Source: Paraspadella gotoi
Taxonomy: Eukaryota > Animalia > Chaetognatha
NCBI GenBank assembly: GCA_051294375.1
Contig: CM119267.1
Location: forward strand, 13,215,081 to 13,279,080
Direction: 5' to 3'
Length of the DNA stretch: 64,000 bases
Below, in pieces: positions 26,141-39,051 of the stretch. The notes under the pieces were generated by a model, which worked only from the letters and a program-made list of their open reading frames with translations, was not told the DNA's origin and did no database searches. The position numbers and the translations under genes were made by a program. The first letter of the stretch is position 1, and each line of letters begins with the position of its first letter.

Positions 26141-27153
26141 AAACAAGTTTTGAGCAAACAATGTCGGATCTGCCCACGATAATTAAGCGATAATCAGATT
26201 TAAAAAAAATAAATAAATAAATACTACAGTAGAAATAATTACAAATAAAGTACAATAATTTTTTTAAACTATTATTATTTTTTCCACTTGCATTCATTTT
26301 TTACTCGCATCATTTTTTCAATTGCATCATTTTTTCAACTCGCATCATTTTTCAAATTTGCATCTTTTTTTAAGCTTGCATCATTTTTTTTAACTCGCAT
26401 CTTTTTTCAACTCGCAACAATCTTTCAACTTGCATCATTTTTTCACTTAATTAAAATTATACAATTAATTAATTAATTAAAACATACATAGTAAGTATAA
26501 ATAATAAAAATTAAAGTCAACTTGACTTTGGTTTTTTTCCATGTAAACTCATTTCCACTCCTCGATTCCATCAAAACTTTTATTTAAATCGTGCTCAATC
26601 ACACACTTTTCTTCCCACACACAAAATTTAATCTCAATCTGTCCATCCAATTATGATTAATTCGATTAATTATAGATTAAAATTAGTAAAAAGATTCAAA
26701 GCTCATTTCCACTCGCACGATTCCATCTAAATTTTATATCCAGCTTCATCACACTCTTTCCTACCCACACACAAAATTTAATCTCAATCTATCCATCCAA
26801 TTATGATTAAATCGAGTAATTAAGGGTTAAAATTAGTAAAAAGTTTTAAGTTAATGTGACTTATGTTTTTTCAATTTTAGCTCATTTCCACTCGCACGAT
26901 TCCATCGAAACTTTATATCCAGCTCAATCACACCCTTTTCTAATCACACACAAAATTTCATTCCATCCATCCAATCACGATTAAATAGAGCTTTTTGCTA
27001 AGGGGGACGGACAGACAGACGGACATCGTTTTTTTTGCTTAATTTAGCATAATATGATGTTCTAATGTGATAAAAATGATTTAGCGACTAGATTTAGCGG
27101 TGGGACCGAAGGACCGACAAAGTGAATTATAGAGTCGGAATCTGATCCGACTA
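26141..27153 (-). mobile_element. HINE family A with three internal repeat units and a ~15-bp minisatellite
   Basis: AAACAAGTTTTGAGCAAACAATGTCGGATCTGCCC at left and GATCCGACTAAAAA at right are the reverse-complemented 3' and 5' ends; CTCATTTCCACTC units at about 26548, 26702 and 26881; TGCATCATTTTTTCAA-type repeats 26288-26445. Confidence 0.85.
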
Positions 27154-27273
27154 AAAATAAAAAATGAGTGAAGAGTGAAAATTAAGGAGAGGGAGGATTC
27201 GTCCGGTTGCCTCCGCGAAAATTAATGCGGTCGGTAAAAAAGCCAGCGGGGAATCGTACTCTGTGGAAAAGGG

Positions 27274-27315
<42 letters not shown>

Positions 27316-27449
27316 CCTCAGGCGCTAGTTAAAGGGGGTGCAAAAGAGATGGTGGTTGATTTGGTCAGCCGAAGTGAAAGAGAAAAAAAATCGGGAAAAA
27401 AAAATCAGAGGATAAATCGTCTTCGTGCGAAACAAACAGTTGAGAGAAT

Positions 27450-27546
27450 AGAAATGGAAACAGAGATGGAAACGGAGATGGAAACAGAGATGGAAACAGA
27501 GATGGAAACGGAAATGGAAACGGAGATGGAAACAGAGATAGAGATA
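27450..27546. repeat. 12-bp minisatellite (ATGGAAACRGAG)n
   Basis: About seven to eight units; related GATGGAACC motifs at 17095-17305. Confidence 0.9.
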
Positions 27547-28108
27547 TAAAAAAATGAAAGGTGGCAGTGGAGTTGGAACCAAATACAGAACAACAGATTT
27601 TAACAAAAAATAATCAATAAAAATCAGGACCGCAAAATATTTTCGATATATTGATGACTTAAGTATCAAATTAATAGGTTAACTGATTTTTGATTACCTT
27701 CGATTAGAAAACTGGATCTCAAGAGCTTACGTTAGGTGAGGAAAAAAAGATTTTTTCTTAATTTTTCTTTCTTTCTTTCTAGATGAGATTTTGCCTCAAA
27801 AGAAGATTCTAAACCTAAAAAAATTCCTCGAGAAAATGATGTAAACAATAGGAGAACCGAAAGACGGGGAAAAAACGCGGGAAAAAAGAATAAGGGTAAG
27901 TCGGGGGAAAAAAGGAAAGGAAAAGTAGAGAATGGAGCTCCTTTTTTTCTTTCCTTCGCGCATCGTCAATCGACGCGGAAAATGGATTCGCAAATAAGGA
28001 GGAGAGACGAGATTGTTTTCATCCGTTGACGCAATGATGTGTCGAGGGGGAGGGCGTGACGTAGTGCGTGACGTGGACAAATTGGCGTAGTGTAGCCGCC
28101 GCGCGAAG

Positions 28109-28352
28109 TGTAGTCGGGCAAAGCATAAGTTCACCCTGCCTATAAGCCGGAGTAGCTCATGACCACTAGGTTCTGGGTTCAATCCTAACCCAGTACCTAC
28201 CCTGCGGGAACTGTGAGGATGGCCGTAAGCCGACTTTGGGGCGTGGAAAACCCTCAAGCCTGGTTCCAAGCCCAGGACCCGTTCCATGGCTGCTAGAGGG
28301 GTTAAAGAAGTTATTTATAGTCATCTTCAGTCCACTTAGCACCTTATCCACA
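28109..28352 (+). mobile_element. Solo-LTR-like element with tRNA-derived internal segment (Helenus/Cassandra-type TRIM LTR), copy 1, box A region deleted
   Basis: Starts TGTAGTCGGGCA, ends TTATCCACA; GAAG on both sides (28105-28108, 28353-28356) is a 4-bp TSD; keeps AGCTCATGACC and box-B-like GGTTCAATCC; colinear with 59390-59664. Confidence 0.75.
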
Positions 28353-28620
28353 GAAGTTGGATAAGGTAAGGGTGAGTCGTCAGTTTTGTTTCCGGTTAAA
28401 TTCTTTATTCGATTTTAACGGAGGAATTTTTATTTTTTTATTTTTTTTATTCGATCCGAATACGTGGACGCGCTTTAGGTTGAGGGGGAAGGCCTTTTTA
28501 AAAAAAAAACTTTGCCAAAATAAAATCAGACGCATGATTCCCTCTTCATTTAATTTAATTATCGGAGCAAGAGAAAAAAACTTAAAAGGAGAAAATAATC
28601 ACGCAATCTCAAGAAAAAAA

Positions 28621-29664
28621 TCTTAAAAGCATAAGGAATCGAGCCTACTTTTGATGAAACCAAATATTCGGATGCGATGATAACCAAATATTGATGCGAT
28701 GATAACCAATAATTGAATGCGGATGATAATAAAATAACTGATGTGATGATAATCAAATGATTTGATGCGATGATAGTCATTCATTGATGTGAGATAATCA
28801 TCATTGATATGATGATAAAGTCATTTCATTGATGCGATGATAGTCATTTCATTGACGCGATGAGTCATTCATCGTAAATAAAACAAACAAATGCGTGTTA
28901 TGAATGAAAGAGAGAGAGAGAAGAGAGAGAGAGAAGGAGAGAGAGAGAGAAAGAGTGAGAGAGGTGGTCAGTTTTCACTCTCGTTTATATAAAGTATAAT
29001 CAGAAGCTGGACCGCCCTGCAGAGCTGAACATCGATTTTTCAGACGTATCTGAGTAGGACGACAACTCTTTTTCCTTTTCCTTTGAATGAAATTTTAGAT
29101 TGTTCTTTTTTTTAAGAAGAAACCAAGACCGAGGTCAAATTTCATATTTGCATATTTAACTAATTTATAAATATTATCCCAACTCAAATAATTATTATTT
29201 TAAAAAAGAAAAAAAATGATTAAATATATACACTAAAAAAAATTTACAATTTTAAAATTGTAAAAATATTAGAATAACAAAAAAAGTAATGTTTAATTTG
29301 ACAATATCTCTCTCTTCTCAACTCCTATTTTAGATATATTTGCCAATAGTGGGCCGACCGGTCCAAAGTTACAGTAATAAACAAAAAACAAAAAATTTTT
29401 TTGTTAGAAAGTTATATATGTAATTAAATTAATCCGCGCAATTGCCGGAAAATAGCAGCTATATGTACAGCAGCAAGGCTGATGTACATGTGACATTGCC
29501 TGCATTATAAGTTATTTTTCCTTTTTTTCTAAAAGGAATCCATGAAAATCTCGGATTGTAAATTTGGGTATTTTGTATAGAGAAAAAAAATAAATGGCGA
29601 TAATAAAAGTTTTTAGAAGGAAAAAATAATAAGAATTTTTTCAAAAAAACGAACGGTCGTACAT

Positions 29665-29700
<36 letters not shown>

Positions 29701-29890
29701 TGAAAAAAAAAGTGACTAAAATTTTTTTTTTGTAAAAAAAAAAAGAGAGAGAGAGAGAGAGATAGAGAGAGCCGGAACTCGTTTACTCGTCGCGCAGTGA
29801 CGGAGGTAAAAAAAAGGTGACTAAAAATATTTTTTGTACAAAAAAAGAGATAGAAAGAGAGAAAGAGAGAGAGAGACAGATAGAGAGAAA

Positions 29891-29924
<34 letters not shown>

Positions 29925-30009
29925 CCGGAAACACGTGTTTACTCGGTTTACAAGTGAATAAATTTTTTTTTGTAAAAAAAAAAAAAGAGAAGAGAGTGAG
30001 AGAGAGAGA

Positions 30010-30086
<77 letters not shown>

Positions 30087-30431
30087 GTTTTCCCGCCAAC
30101 GATACGCAATATTAGGTCACTCTTTGTTTATATCGGCGTGATCTCGGTCAAGTTGATTTTTTTTATACACGTAACGCGTTATTTAGGTCATGTTCCTCGA
30201 CATTGTTTACTCGTTGCCCCGCCAAACGCCACGAAATCAGGTGAAGTTAGTTATTCTTCACATTTTTCTCAAAAAAATCCACGAAAATCTCAGATGTAAT
30301 TTGGGATTTTGTATGAGAAAGAAGCGCGGAATAAATGGCGATAATAAAAGTTTTTAGAAGGAAAGAAAATAATAAGAATTTTCAAAAAACGGTGGTAAAA
30401 CAAAGTGAATATTTTTTTTTTAAAAAAAAAG

Positions 30432-30474
<43 letters not shown>

Positions 30475-31328
30475 GAGACGGAGGGAGACGGAGGGAGAGA
30501 GAGAGAGAGCCTGAACTCGTTTTTTTTAAACGATTCAGAAAAGGCAGCGCCTGATCAAATATATATGTTTTTAGAAATAAAAAAATAATCAGAATTTTTC
30601 AAAAAACGAACGATCACGCAAGAGATCGCACACAAAGAGAGACAGAGAGAAACTGAACTCGTTTTTAAACGATTCAGAAAAGGCAGCGCCTAAAAAAAAA
30701 AATATATAATATAAAAAATAAATAAAAGAAAGGCAAAAAATGTTACATGGTTTACAATTGGAAACTTTTCCAATTTTTTCCAATCGCAGCTTGTAAAAGA
30801 TTTTATTTATTTGTATTAAAATTAAGACTATAGCTTCTCATTAAAAAAATCCTTTGAGTTCCCATTTTTATTAGAAATTTAAAAAAAATTTTTTGAATTT
30901 CATCTTCAATATTATATACTGCAATATGTAAATTAGCTTAAAGCATTTCTAATATACTAATTTGATATTATAATGAGTACTTATAATCTCAATTTGCATA
31001 TTGCAGTAAATCATAAGGAAGTGAGAAATTCAAACAAAAAATATACTTAAATCCAAAGTAATATAAAATATCACAGCTATTTCAGATGAAAAGCCATAAT
31101 CTAAATTTTTAACTTACTATGATCGCACACTTTTGTAAACTTTTATCATTAATTTCATAATAATTTTTATTTTAAAAAAAAACGGTAGTCACAGCCAAAC
31201 CTATAAAAGCGTAGTAGTTTTTTATATATGAAACAGCGTGACCACGACGACGACGACGACGACGTCACAAAGAAGCAACCCTAAAACATTATAGAGCCTG
31301 ACCCGGCTTCGCCGTCAAGGCTCGATAA
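28621..31328 (-). mobile_element. HINE family B, about 2.7 kb and microsatellite-rich
   Basis: Minus strand reads TTTTT-ATCGAGCCT...AGGCTC-TATAAT then (GTC)n; matching subTIR ATCGAGCCT at 28638-28646 beside a short CTTA..TAAG hairpin and A-run. Confidence 0.65.
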
Positions 31329-32010
31329 AAATGTTTGCCTTGAATTTATCGCGTGCTTAGGATGGAACCAATACTTTTCGGAATGAATGGATTTATTATA
31401 TTTTCGAATAATTATAGAAGGATGTATACTGTATTATATAGCCAGGTATTCTGGGAGTGAATAAACGAGACTGTGAGAGNNNNNNNNNNNNNNNNNNNNN
31501 NNNNTGAGAGAGTCTTGATTGAAAGCTTGCAGGGACCTGCTCGGTCATTATCTTGTAAGAGTGATGGGGCCTTAAACCAAAGCCTGTCCAAAGTCAGGGA
31601 CAAGCTAATTTAATAAATGAATGGATGATTTTTATATTGGTTGTACCAATTTCATAGTATTGTATAGTATTGTATTTTATAGTTTTGTATATATATATAC
31701 ATATATATATACATATTGTATAGTTATATAAATAATTATTAAACGAGATTGACTTTAAAAAATGGGGACAAGGCACGGCTTTTTCAATTTTTAAAATTTT
31801 TATTTTAAGAGAGAGAGAAAGAGAGAGGAGCGGGGATAAATTAGAAAAAAAAGACGAGAATATAAAAATAAAAGGAGCGGGCTATTTGAGGAGATTGAAT
31901 TGGATAAAACCGATAAAGACGCAGAGACGGCGCGAGTGAGCGTTGTAAAAATATCGTAAAATGTAAAGATAAAAGAGAACTGGGCGGAATGTCGTGAAAA
32001 GGAGACGGAC

Positions 32011-32090
<80 letters not shown>

Positions 32091-32608
32091 CAGTCGTCTG
32101 CCCAGGTTTCGCAATTCTAGAAGACGGTTTCCAACATGGAATGAAGAGGAAGCGCGAAACGAGAGAGAGATGGAATTTTTTTTCTAAAGAGAGACTGAAC
32201 GAGAAGAGAGGAAGAGGAGGAGGACAACTTAGAGGTAGGCGAAGTAGCGGGAGGAGGAGGAAACTAAGAGGAGGAGAGGATGAGAGAGCGCGGGAAACGA
32301 AAGGGTCAACGAGGGAAGGGAAAAAGGAAAATAATAAATATTGATCAGTGTTTACTTTTATTCATGCATATGCGTTTCATTCTGCGTTTTTAATCTTTTT
32401 GTTAGATTTTTTCAGCTCCTTTTTTTCAACATATTAATTTTAAATAAAAAATCTTTAATATAATCAAACATAATTAAATGCTTAATATAAAAATCATAAA
32501 ACTAAAATATACTAAGATTATTAACAAATAGAAACAAAGACAAAAAAAAATATAAAGCATAAACGAAGAACAACGTTAATAAAACGTTTATGGTGGACTA
32601 AAATCCAC

Positions 32609-32813
32609 CAACCTTTCATCAGAGGCATTGGTGCCGAGCAGAATCATTCGCCTCCCAACCCGAAGGTGCGGGGTTCTAGCCGGTGGCCCTAGCAAGTTAA
32701 GAGAGACGGGGCGCTTAACTCGCCTGAACCAGTGTTACAGCCTGATCGAAGATCAGGGACGCTTATATTGAACGGTTCTGTCACTAACACTAACAATTAT
32801 CACTGTCTCTTCA
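32609..32813 (+). mobile_element. SINE family G (same flanks as the 35251 copy)
   Basis: Colinear with 35251-35461. Confidence 0.7.
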
Positions 32814-34487
32814 CGTTCAAAGATAATGCGTAAAAACTAAAAACAAAATATGAAAACATTAACAAAAACAAAAATATAAAGCATAAATGAAAAACATGAG
32901 AGCAAAAAACAAATAAAATAAAACATTATAAAGTGTTTAATATTCAAGGTTTTATTTTATAAAAAATCATAAGTATTTAATGCTAGTGTATAACTTATAC
33001 CTAAAAATTATAATTATAAGGTGTTAAAGTAAAGGGCAGAGGACCACAATGCTATTAATAGAAATAACAAACTATAATCTATATATATATATATATATTA
33101 AGGCGGATCTCTGACGTATAATTTTCTTCAAAATATTTTACCTCCCGATTTTTCTTTGCCTCTCTTACTTTTCTTTATTTCACAAGAGCAATTGATTATT
33201 AAATATTCGGGATCAGCATTTTTTCAATTTATCAAAAAATAGCCAATCGCGATCTGTGATTGGTCAATATCGGTCACGTGACCTTAAAATTTTTGTATTT
33301 TAAAGGTTTTTTTAACTGAAAAATTATTTGAATAATATTTCACACAAAATTGACAAAGATTAAATTATAAAACAATATCAACGCAGAGTAAAACAGTGAT
33401 AGTAAAATGTAACAATAGCCAGCAGCAGCAACTTTCATTGTTTTAATTTTGCTTCCCAAATCAGATTCAGACTCTTTATTGATGTAGGAAAACAAAACTT
33501 GAAAAACTTGACAAAACCAATCTTCTATCCTTGGAAAAAGAAATTAAATTAGCAAAAACGTTGAATGAAAAATATCTTATTTTGACCTTCATTTGATTCA
33601 ACTGCAAATGAGAAAACCGAAAATACCCCTGTTTACATCTTCTCTCTCTCTCTCACTCATGACAAAGATCCACTAGGAGTCCAGTAAAATTGATTTTGAT
33701 CAGGCATAAACTATCTTTCTCTCTATATTTTAAAAACATCTGGTGAAATGATAGGACATATAAGGAATAATAACAGGTCTCACAAGTTAATTACAATTAA
33801 AAAAAAAGATGCAAAGTTAATAACCAATATTGAACCTTATCTCCCATTCGACTTATTAACTATACATGAAAAATTTTATGCATTGCCCTTCTTTAATTTT
33901 TCATATCTCTCTCTTTTTCACTCAATTATGAGTTCACGCTAATATTTTTGTTTGTGGTATTTGATTCGCTCGTACTACATTTTACTATTTTTTATTATAT
34001 TTCAACCTCAGTTTTACGGGATTTTATGGCCTTTATTGTAAAAAATTGAACCTGTCTGAATTTCGCAACCTTGTATTCATCAATCGCCTATCAATCGGCT
34101 AAATTTCTGAATCTACGCCGTTATAATTCCACGTTAAACTTAAAGGTGGGTCTTTAATGCTCGATTGTGAAGCAAAAAAAATACTTCACAATCTATGAAA
34201 TAATATTTTTTTTTTTATTCAATTAATTTGGCCATTATAAAATTTGGGATAGAGAAGAAGATAAGAAGGTTTTCAATTTTTAAAATTTTTATTTTAGAGA
34301 GAGAGAGAGCGGGGATAAAATTAGAAAAAAGACGAGAATATAAAAATAAAAGGAGCTGGGCTATTTGAGGAGATTGAATTGGATAAAACCGATAAAGACG
34401 CAGAGACGGGCGCGAGTGAGCGTTGTAAAAATATCGTAAAATGTAAAGATAAAAGAGAACTGGGCGGAATGTCGTGAAAAGGAGACG

Positions 34488-34531
<44 letters not shown>

Positions 34532-35250
34532 CAGTCGTCTGCCCAGGTTTTCGCAAATTCTAGAAGACGGTTTCCAACATGGAATGAAGAGGAAGCGCGA
34601 AACGAGAGAGAGATGGAATTTTTTTTCTAAAGAGAGACTGAACGAGAAGAGGAGGAAGAGGAGGAGGACAACTTAGAGGTAGGCGAAGTAGGTGGAGGAG
34701 GAGGAAACTAAGAGGAGGAAGAGGAGGATGAGAGGCGGGGAACGAAAGGGTCAACGAGGGAAGGGAAAAGGAAAATAATAAATATTGATAGTTCTATTCT
34801 TTCGTTCTCTCTTTTAACTTTTTGTTATTACTATATTTTTTTTAAATTTTTAATGCAAATATGCAAATGATAGCTTTCCATACGAGAGATTGCTCAGCTG
34901 CTGTTTTTAAAACTTTCTTGGCTTAAGCCCGTCTTGGTTAGATTTTTGGTTCGGTTCAGCTTCCTTTTTTTTTTTATTAATACCAAAAACAGTATTGACA
35001 AATCAGAAACAGTATCAGTGTAAAAGTAAAAACTAATCTATTAAATTTCAACATAAACAAAGACACTAACGTTTAAATGGAACGTTTAAATATTATGAAC
35101 TAATTCATAATAAACTATAAAATATAACGTTCAAGAACGTTCAAAATTCAAATTTTAAACCAAAAATATGAAAACAAAGACAAAAAAAAAAATATAAAGC
35201 ATAAACGAAGAACAACGTTAATAAAACGTTTATGGTGGACTAAAATCCAC

Positions 35251-35461
35251 CAACCTTTCATCAGCGGCCATTGGTGCCGGAGGAAAATCATTCGCCTCCC
35301 AACCCAAAGGTGCGGGGTTCTAGCCCGGTGGCCGCCTAGCAGTTAAGAGAGACGGGGCGCTTAACCCGCCAGAACTCAGTGTTACAGCCTGATCCGAAGA
35401 TCAGGGACAGCTTATATTGAACGGTTCTGTCACTAACACAACAATTATCACTGTCTCTTCA
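35251..35461 (+). mobile_element. SINE family G
   Basis: GCGGCCA...TGGCCGC head, hairpin CCTGATC-CGAA-GATCAGG, end CTGTCTCTTCA. Confidence 0.75.
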
Positions 35462-35786
35462 CGTTCAAAGATAATGCGTAAAAACTAAAACAAATAATAT
35501 GAAAACATTAACAAAAACAAAAAATATAAAGCATAAATGAAAAACATGAGAGCAAAAAACAAATAANNNNNNNNNNATTACTATATTTTTTTAAAATTTT
35601 TAATTCAAATATGCAAAAAACCAAAAATATGAAAACAAAGACAAAAAAAATATAAAGCATAAACGAAGAACAACGTTAATAAAACGTTTATGGTGGACTA
35701 AAATCCACCAACCTTTCATCAGAGGCCATTGGTGCCAGAGGCAAGTCATTCGCCTCCCAACCCGAAGGTGCGGGGTTCTAGCCCGG

Positions 35787-35885
35787 TTTGGGATTTTTGA
35801 TAGAGAAAAAAAAATAAATGGCATAATAAAATTTTTAGAAGGCAAAAAATAATAGAATTTTTTCAAAAAACGAACGGTCGTACAT

Positions 35886-35921
<36 letters not shown>

Positions 35922-36123
35922 TGAAAAAGAAAGTGACTAAAAATTTTTTTTTTTGTAAAAAAAAAAAGAGAGAGAGAGAGAGAGATAGAGAGAGCCGGAA
36001 CTCGTTTTTACTCGTCGCGACAGTGACGGAGGTAAAAAAAAGAGTGACTAAAAATTATTTTTGTACAGAAAAAAAAGAGATAGAAAGAGAGGAAAGAGAG
36101 AGAGAGACAGATAGAGAAGAAAG

Positions 36124-36159
<36 letters not shown>

Positions 36160-36242
36160 AAAGTGTTTACTCGTTTACCAAGTGAATAAACTTTTTTTTT
36201 GTAAAAAAAAAAGAGAGAGAGAGTGAGAGAGACGAGAGAGAG

Positions 36243-36274
<32 letters not shown>

Positions 36275-37507
36275 AAGTTTTCCCTAACGATACGCAATAG
36301 TTAGGATCACTTTTGTTTATATCGCGTGATCTCGGTCAAGTTGATTTTTTTTTATACACGTAACGCGTTATTAGGTCATGTTCCTGACATGTTTACACAT
36401 GTGCGGCCAGCAACGGACACGAAATCCAGGTGAAGTTAGTTATTCTTCACATTTCTCAAAAAAATCCACGAAAATCTCAGATTAAATTGGGATTTTGTAT
36501 GAGAAAGAAGCGCGAATAAATGGCGATAATAAAAGTTTTTAGAAGGAAAGAAATAATAAGATTTTCAAAAACGGTGGTAAAACAAAGTGAATATTTTTTT
36601 TTTGTAAAAAAAAACAGAGAAGAGAAGAGAAGAGAGAGAGAGAGAGGAGAGAGAGAGAACCGAGACGGAGGAGACGGAGGGAGAGAGAGAAGAGAGCCTG
36701 AACTCGTTTTTTTTAAACGATTCAGAAAACGGCATCGCCTGATCAAAATATATTGTTTTTAGAAAGAAAAAATAATCAGAATTTTCAAAAAACGAACGAT
36801 CACAAACGCAAGAGATCGCACACAATAGAGAGACAGAGAGAACTGAACTCAGTTTTTAAACGATTCAGAAAAGGCAGCGCCTAAAAAAAAAAATATATAT
36901 AATATAAAAAATAAATAAAAGAAAGCAAAAAATGTTACAATGGTTTACAATTGGAAACTTTTTCCAATTTTTTCCAATCGCAGCTTGTAAAAGATTTTAT
37001 TTTATTTGTATTAAAATTAAGATATAGCTCTCATATAAAAAAAATCCTTGAGTCCATTTTTATTAGAAATTTAAAAAAAAAATTTTTGAATTTCATCTTC
37101 AATATTATATCAATAGCATATGTAAAATTACTTAAGCATTTCTATATAATAATTTGGATATTATAATGAAGTACTATAGATCTTATTTGCATATTGCAGT
37201 AAATCATAATGAAGTGGAAATTCAAACATCAAAAAAGTACTTGAATCCAATGTATACTGAAACATACAGCATTGCGAAGATCTAAGAAGAAGCCATATCT
37301 AAATTTTTAACTTACTATGATCGCAACTTTTGATAAATATCGATCTAATTGTATAATTTTTATATTTAAAAAAAACATATCAAGCCAACCTAGTCAAAAG
37401 CTATAGTTTTATAATGAACACGTACCAACGGAGACGACGACGTCACAAAGAAGCAACCCTAACAATTATAGAGCCTGACCCGGCTTCGCCGGTCTAAGGC
37501 TCGATAA
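35787..37507 (-). mobile_element. HINE family B, partial duplicate
   Basis: Colinear with 29562-31328; ends GAGCCTGACCCGGCTTCGCCGGTCTAAGGCTCGATAAAAA. Confidence 0.6.
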
Positions 37508-38158
37508 AAATGTTTGCCTTGAATTTATCGCGTGCTTAGGATGGAACCAATACTTTTCGGAATGAATGGATTTATTATATTTTCGAATAATTATAGAAGG
37601 ATGTATACTGTATTATATATGCCAGGTATTCTGGGAGTGAATAAACGAGACTGTGAGAGAGTCTTGATTGAAAGCTTGCAGGGACCTGCTGGTCATTATC
37701 TTGTAAGAGTGATGGGGCCTTAAACCAAAGCCTGTCCAAAGTCAGGGACAAGCTATTTAATAAATGAATGGATGATTTTTATATTGGTTGTACCAATTTC
37801 ATAGTATTTTATAGTATTGTATTTTATAGTTTGTTATATATATATATACATATATATATACATATTGTATAGTTTATAAAATAATTATTAAACGAGATTG
37901 ACTTTAAAAATGGGGACAAGGCACGGCTTTTTCAATTTTTAAAATTTTTATTTTAGAGAGAGAGAGAGAGGGAGGAGAAAGGTAAATTAGAAAAAAAAGA
38001 CGAGAATATAAAAATAAAAGGAGCTGGGCTATTGAGGAGATTGAATTGGATAAAACCGATAAAGACGCAGAGACGGGCGCGAGTGAGCGTTGTAAAAATA
38101 TCGTAAAATGTAAAGATAAAAGAGAACTGGCGGAATGTCGTGAAAAGGAGACGGACAG

Positions 38159-38213
<55 letters not shown>

Positions 38214-38840
38214 AGGAAGAGAGAGAGAGAGAGAGCTTCAGTCGTCTGCCCAGGTTTTCGCAAATTCTAGAAGACGGTTTCCAACATGGAATGAAGAGGA
38301 AGCGCGAAACGAGAGAGAGAGAGATGGAATTTTTTTTCTAAAGAGAGACTGAACGAGAGAGAGGAAGAGGAGGAGGACAACTTAGAGGTAGGCGAAGTAG
38401 GTGGAGGAGGAGGAAACTAAGAGGAGGAGAGGATGAGAGAGGCGGGGAAACGAAAGGGTCAACGAGGGAAGGAAAAAGGAAAAATAATAAATATTGATAG
38501 TTCTATTCTTTCGTTCTTCTCTTTTAACTTTTTGTTATTACTATATTTTTTTAAAAATTTTTAATGCAAATATGCAAAATAGCTCCAAAAATTCCAGCTG
38601 CTTTAAACTCTGGCTTAACCCGCTGTAATTTTGTTGTACTTCTTTTATTAATACAAAAACAGTATTGACAAATCAGAAACGTACAGTGTAAAAGTAAAAA
38701 CTATCTATTAAATATACAAAGACACTAACGTTTAAAGGACGAATAGAACAACAATACTAAAATAAGTTCAAGACTTCAAAATCTTACCAAGAAAAAAATA
38801 TAAGCATACAGAATTATACGTTTGGTGGACTAAAATCCAC

Positions 38841-39051
38841 CAACCTTTCATCAGCGGCCATTGGTGCCGGAGGAAATCATTCGCCTCCAACCCAAAGGTG
38901 CGGGGTTCTAGCCCGGTGGCCGCCTAGCAAGTTAAGAGAGACGGGGCGCTTAACCCGCCAGTAACTCAGTGTTACAGCCTGATCGAAGATCAGGGACAGC
39001 TTATATTGAACGGTTCTGTCACTAACACAAACAATTATCACTGTCTCTTCA
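38841..39051 (+). mobile_element. SINE family G (same flanks)
   Basis: Colinear with 35251-35461. Confidence 0.7.

Noticed and set aside
28660-28870. CRISPR-like array of ~22-bp repeats
   Set aside because: Units are adjacent and degenerate with no unique spacers; eukaryotic context inside HINE-B
35223-35266. Hammerhead-like CTGATGA plus GGTGGA/TCCACC hairpin on the minus strand at the SINE-G 5' end
   Set aside because: TAAAC replaces GAAAC, extra bases separate core and stem, and the hairpin is absent at the independent 63033 copy
10258-38352. Many ORFs with ERERER, SLSLSL, METEMETE or poly-F/K content
   Set aside because: They are translations of microsatellites, minisatellites and A/T runs with no domain-like sequence
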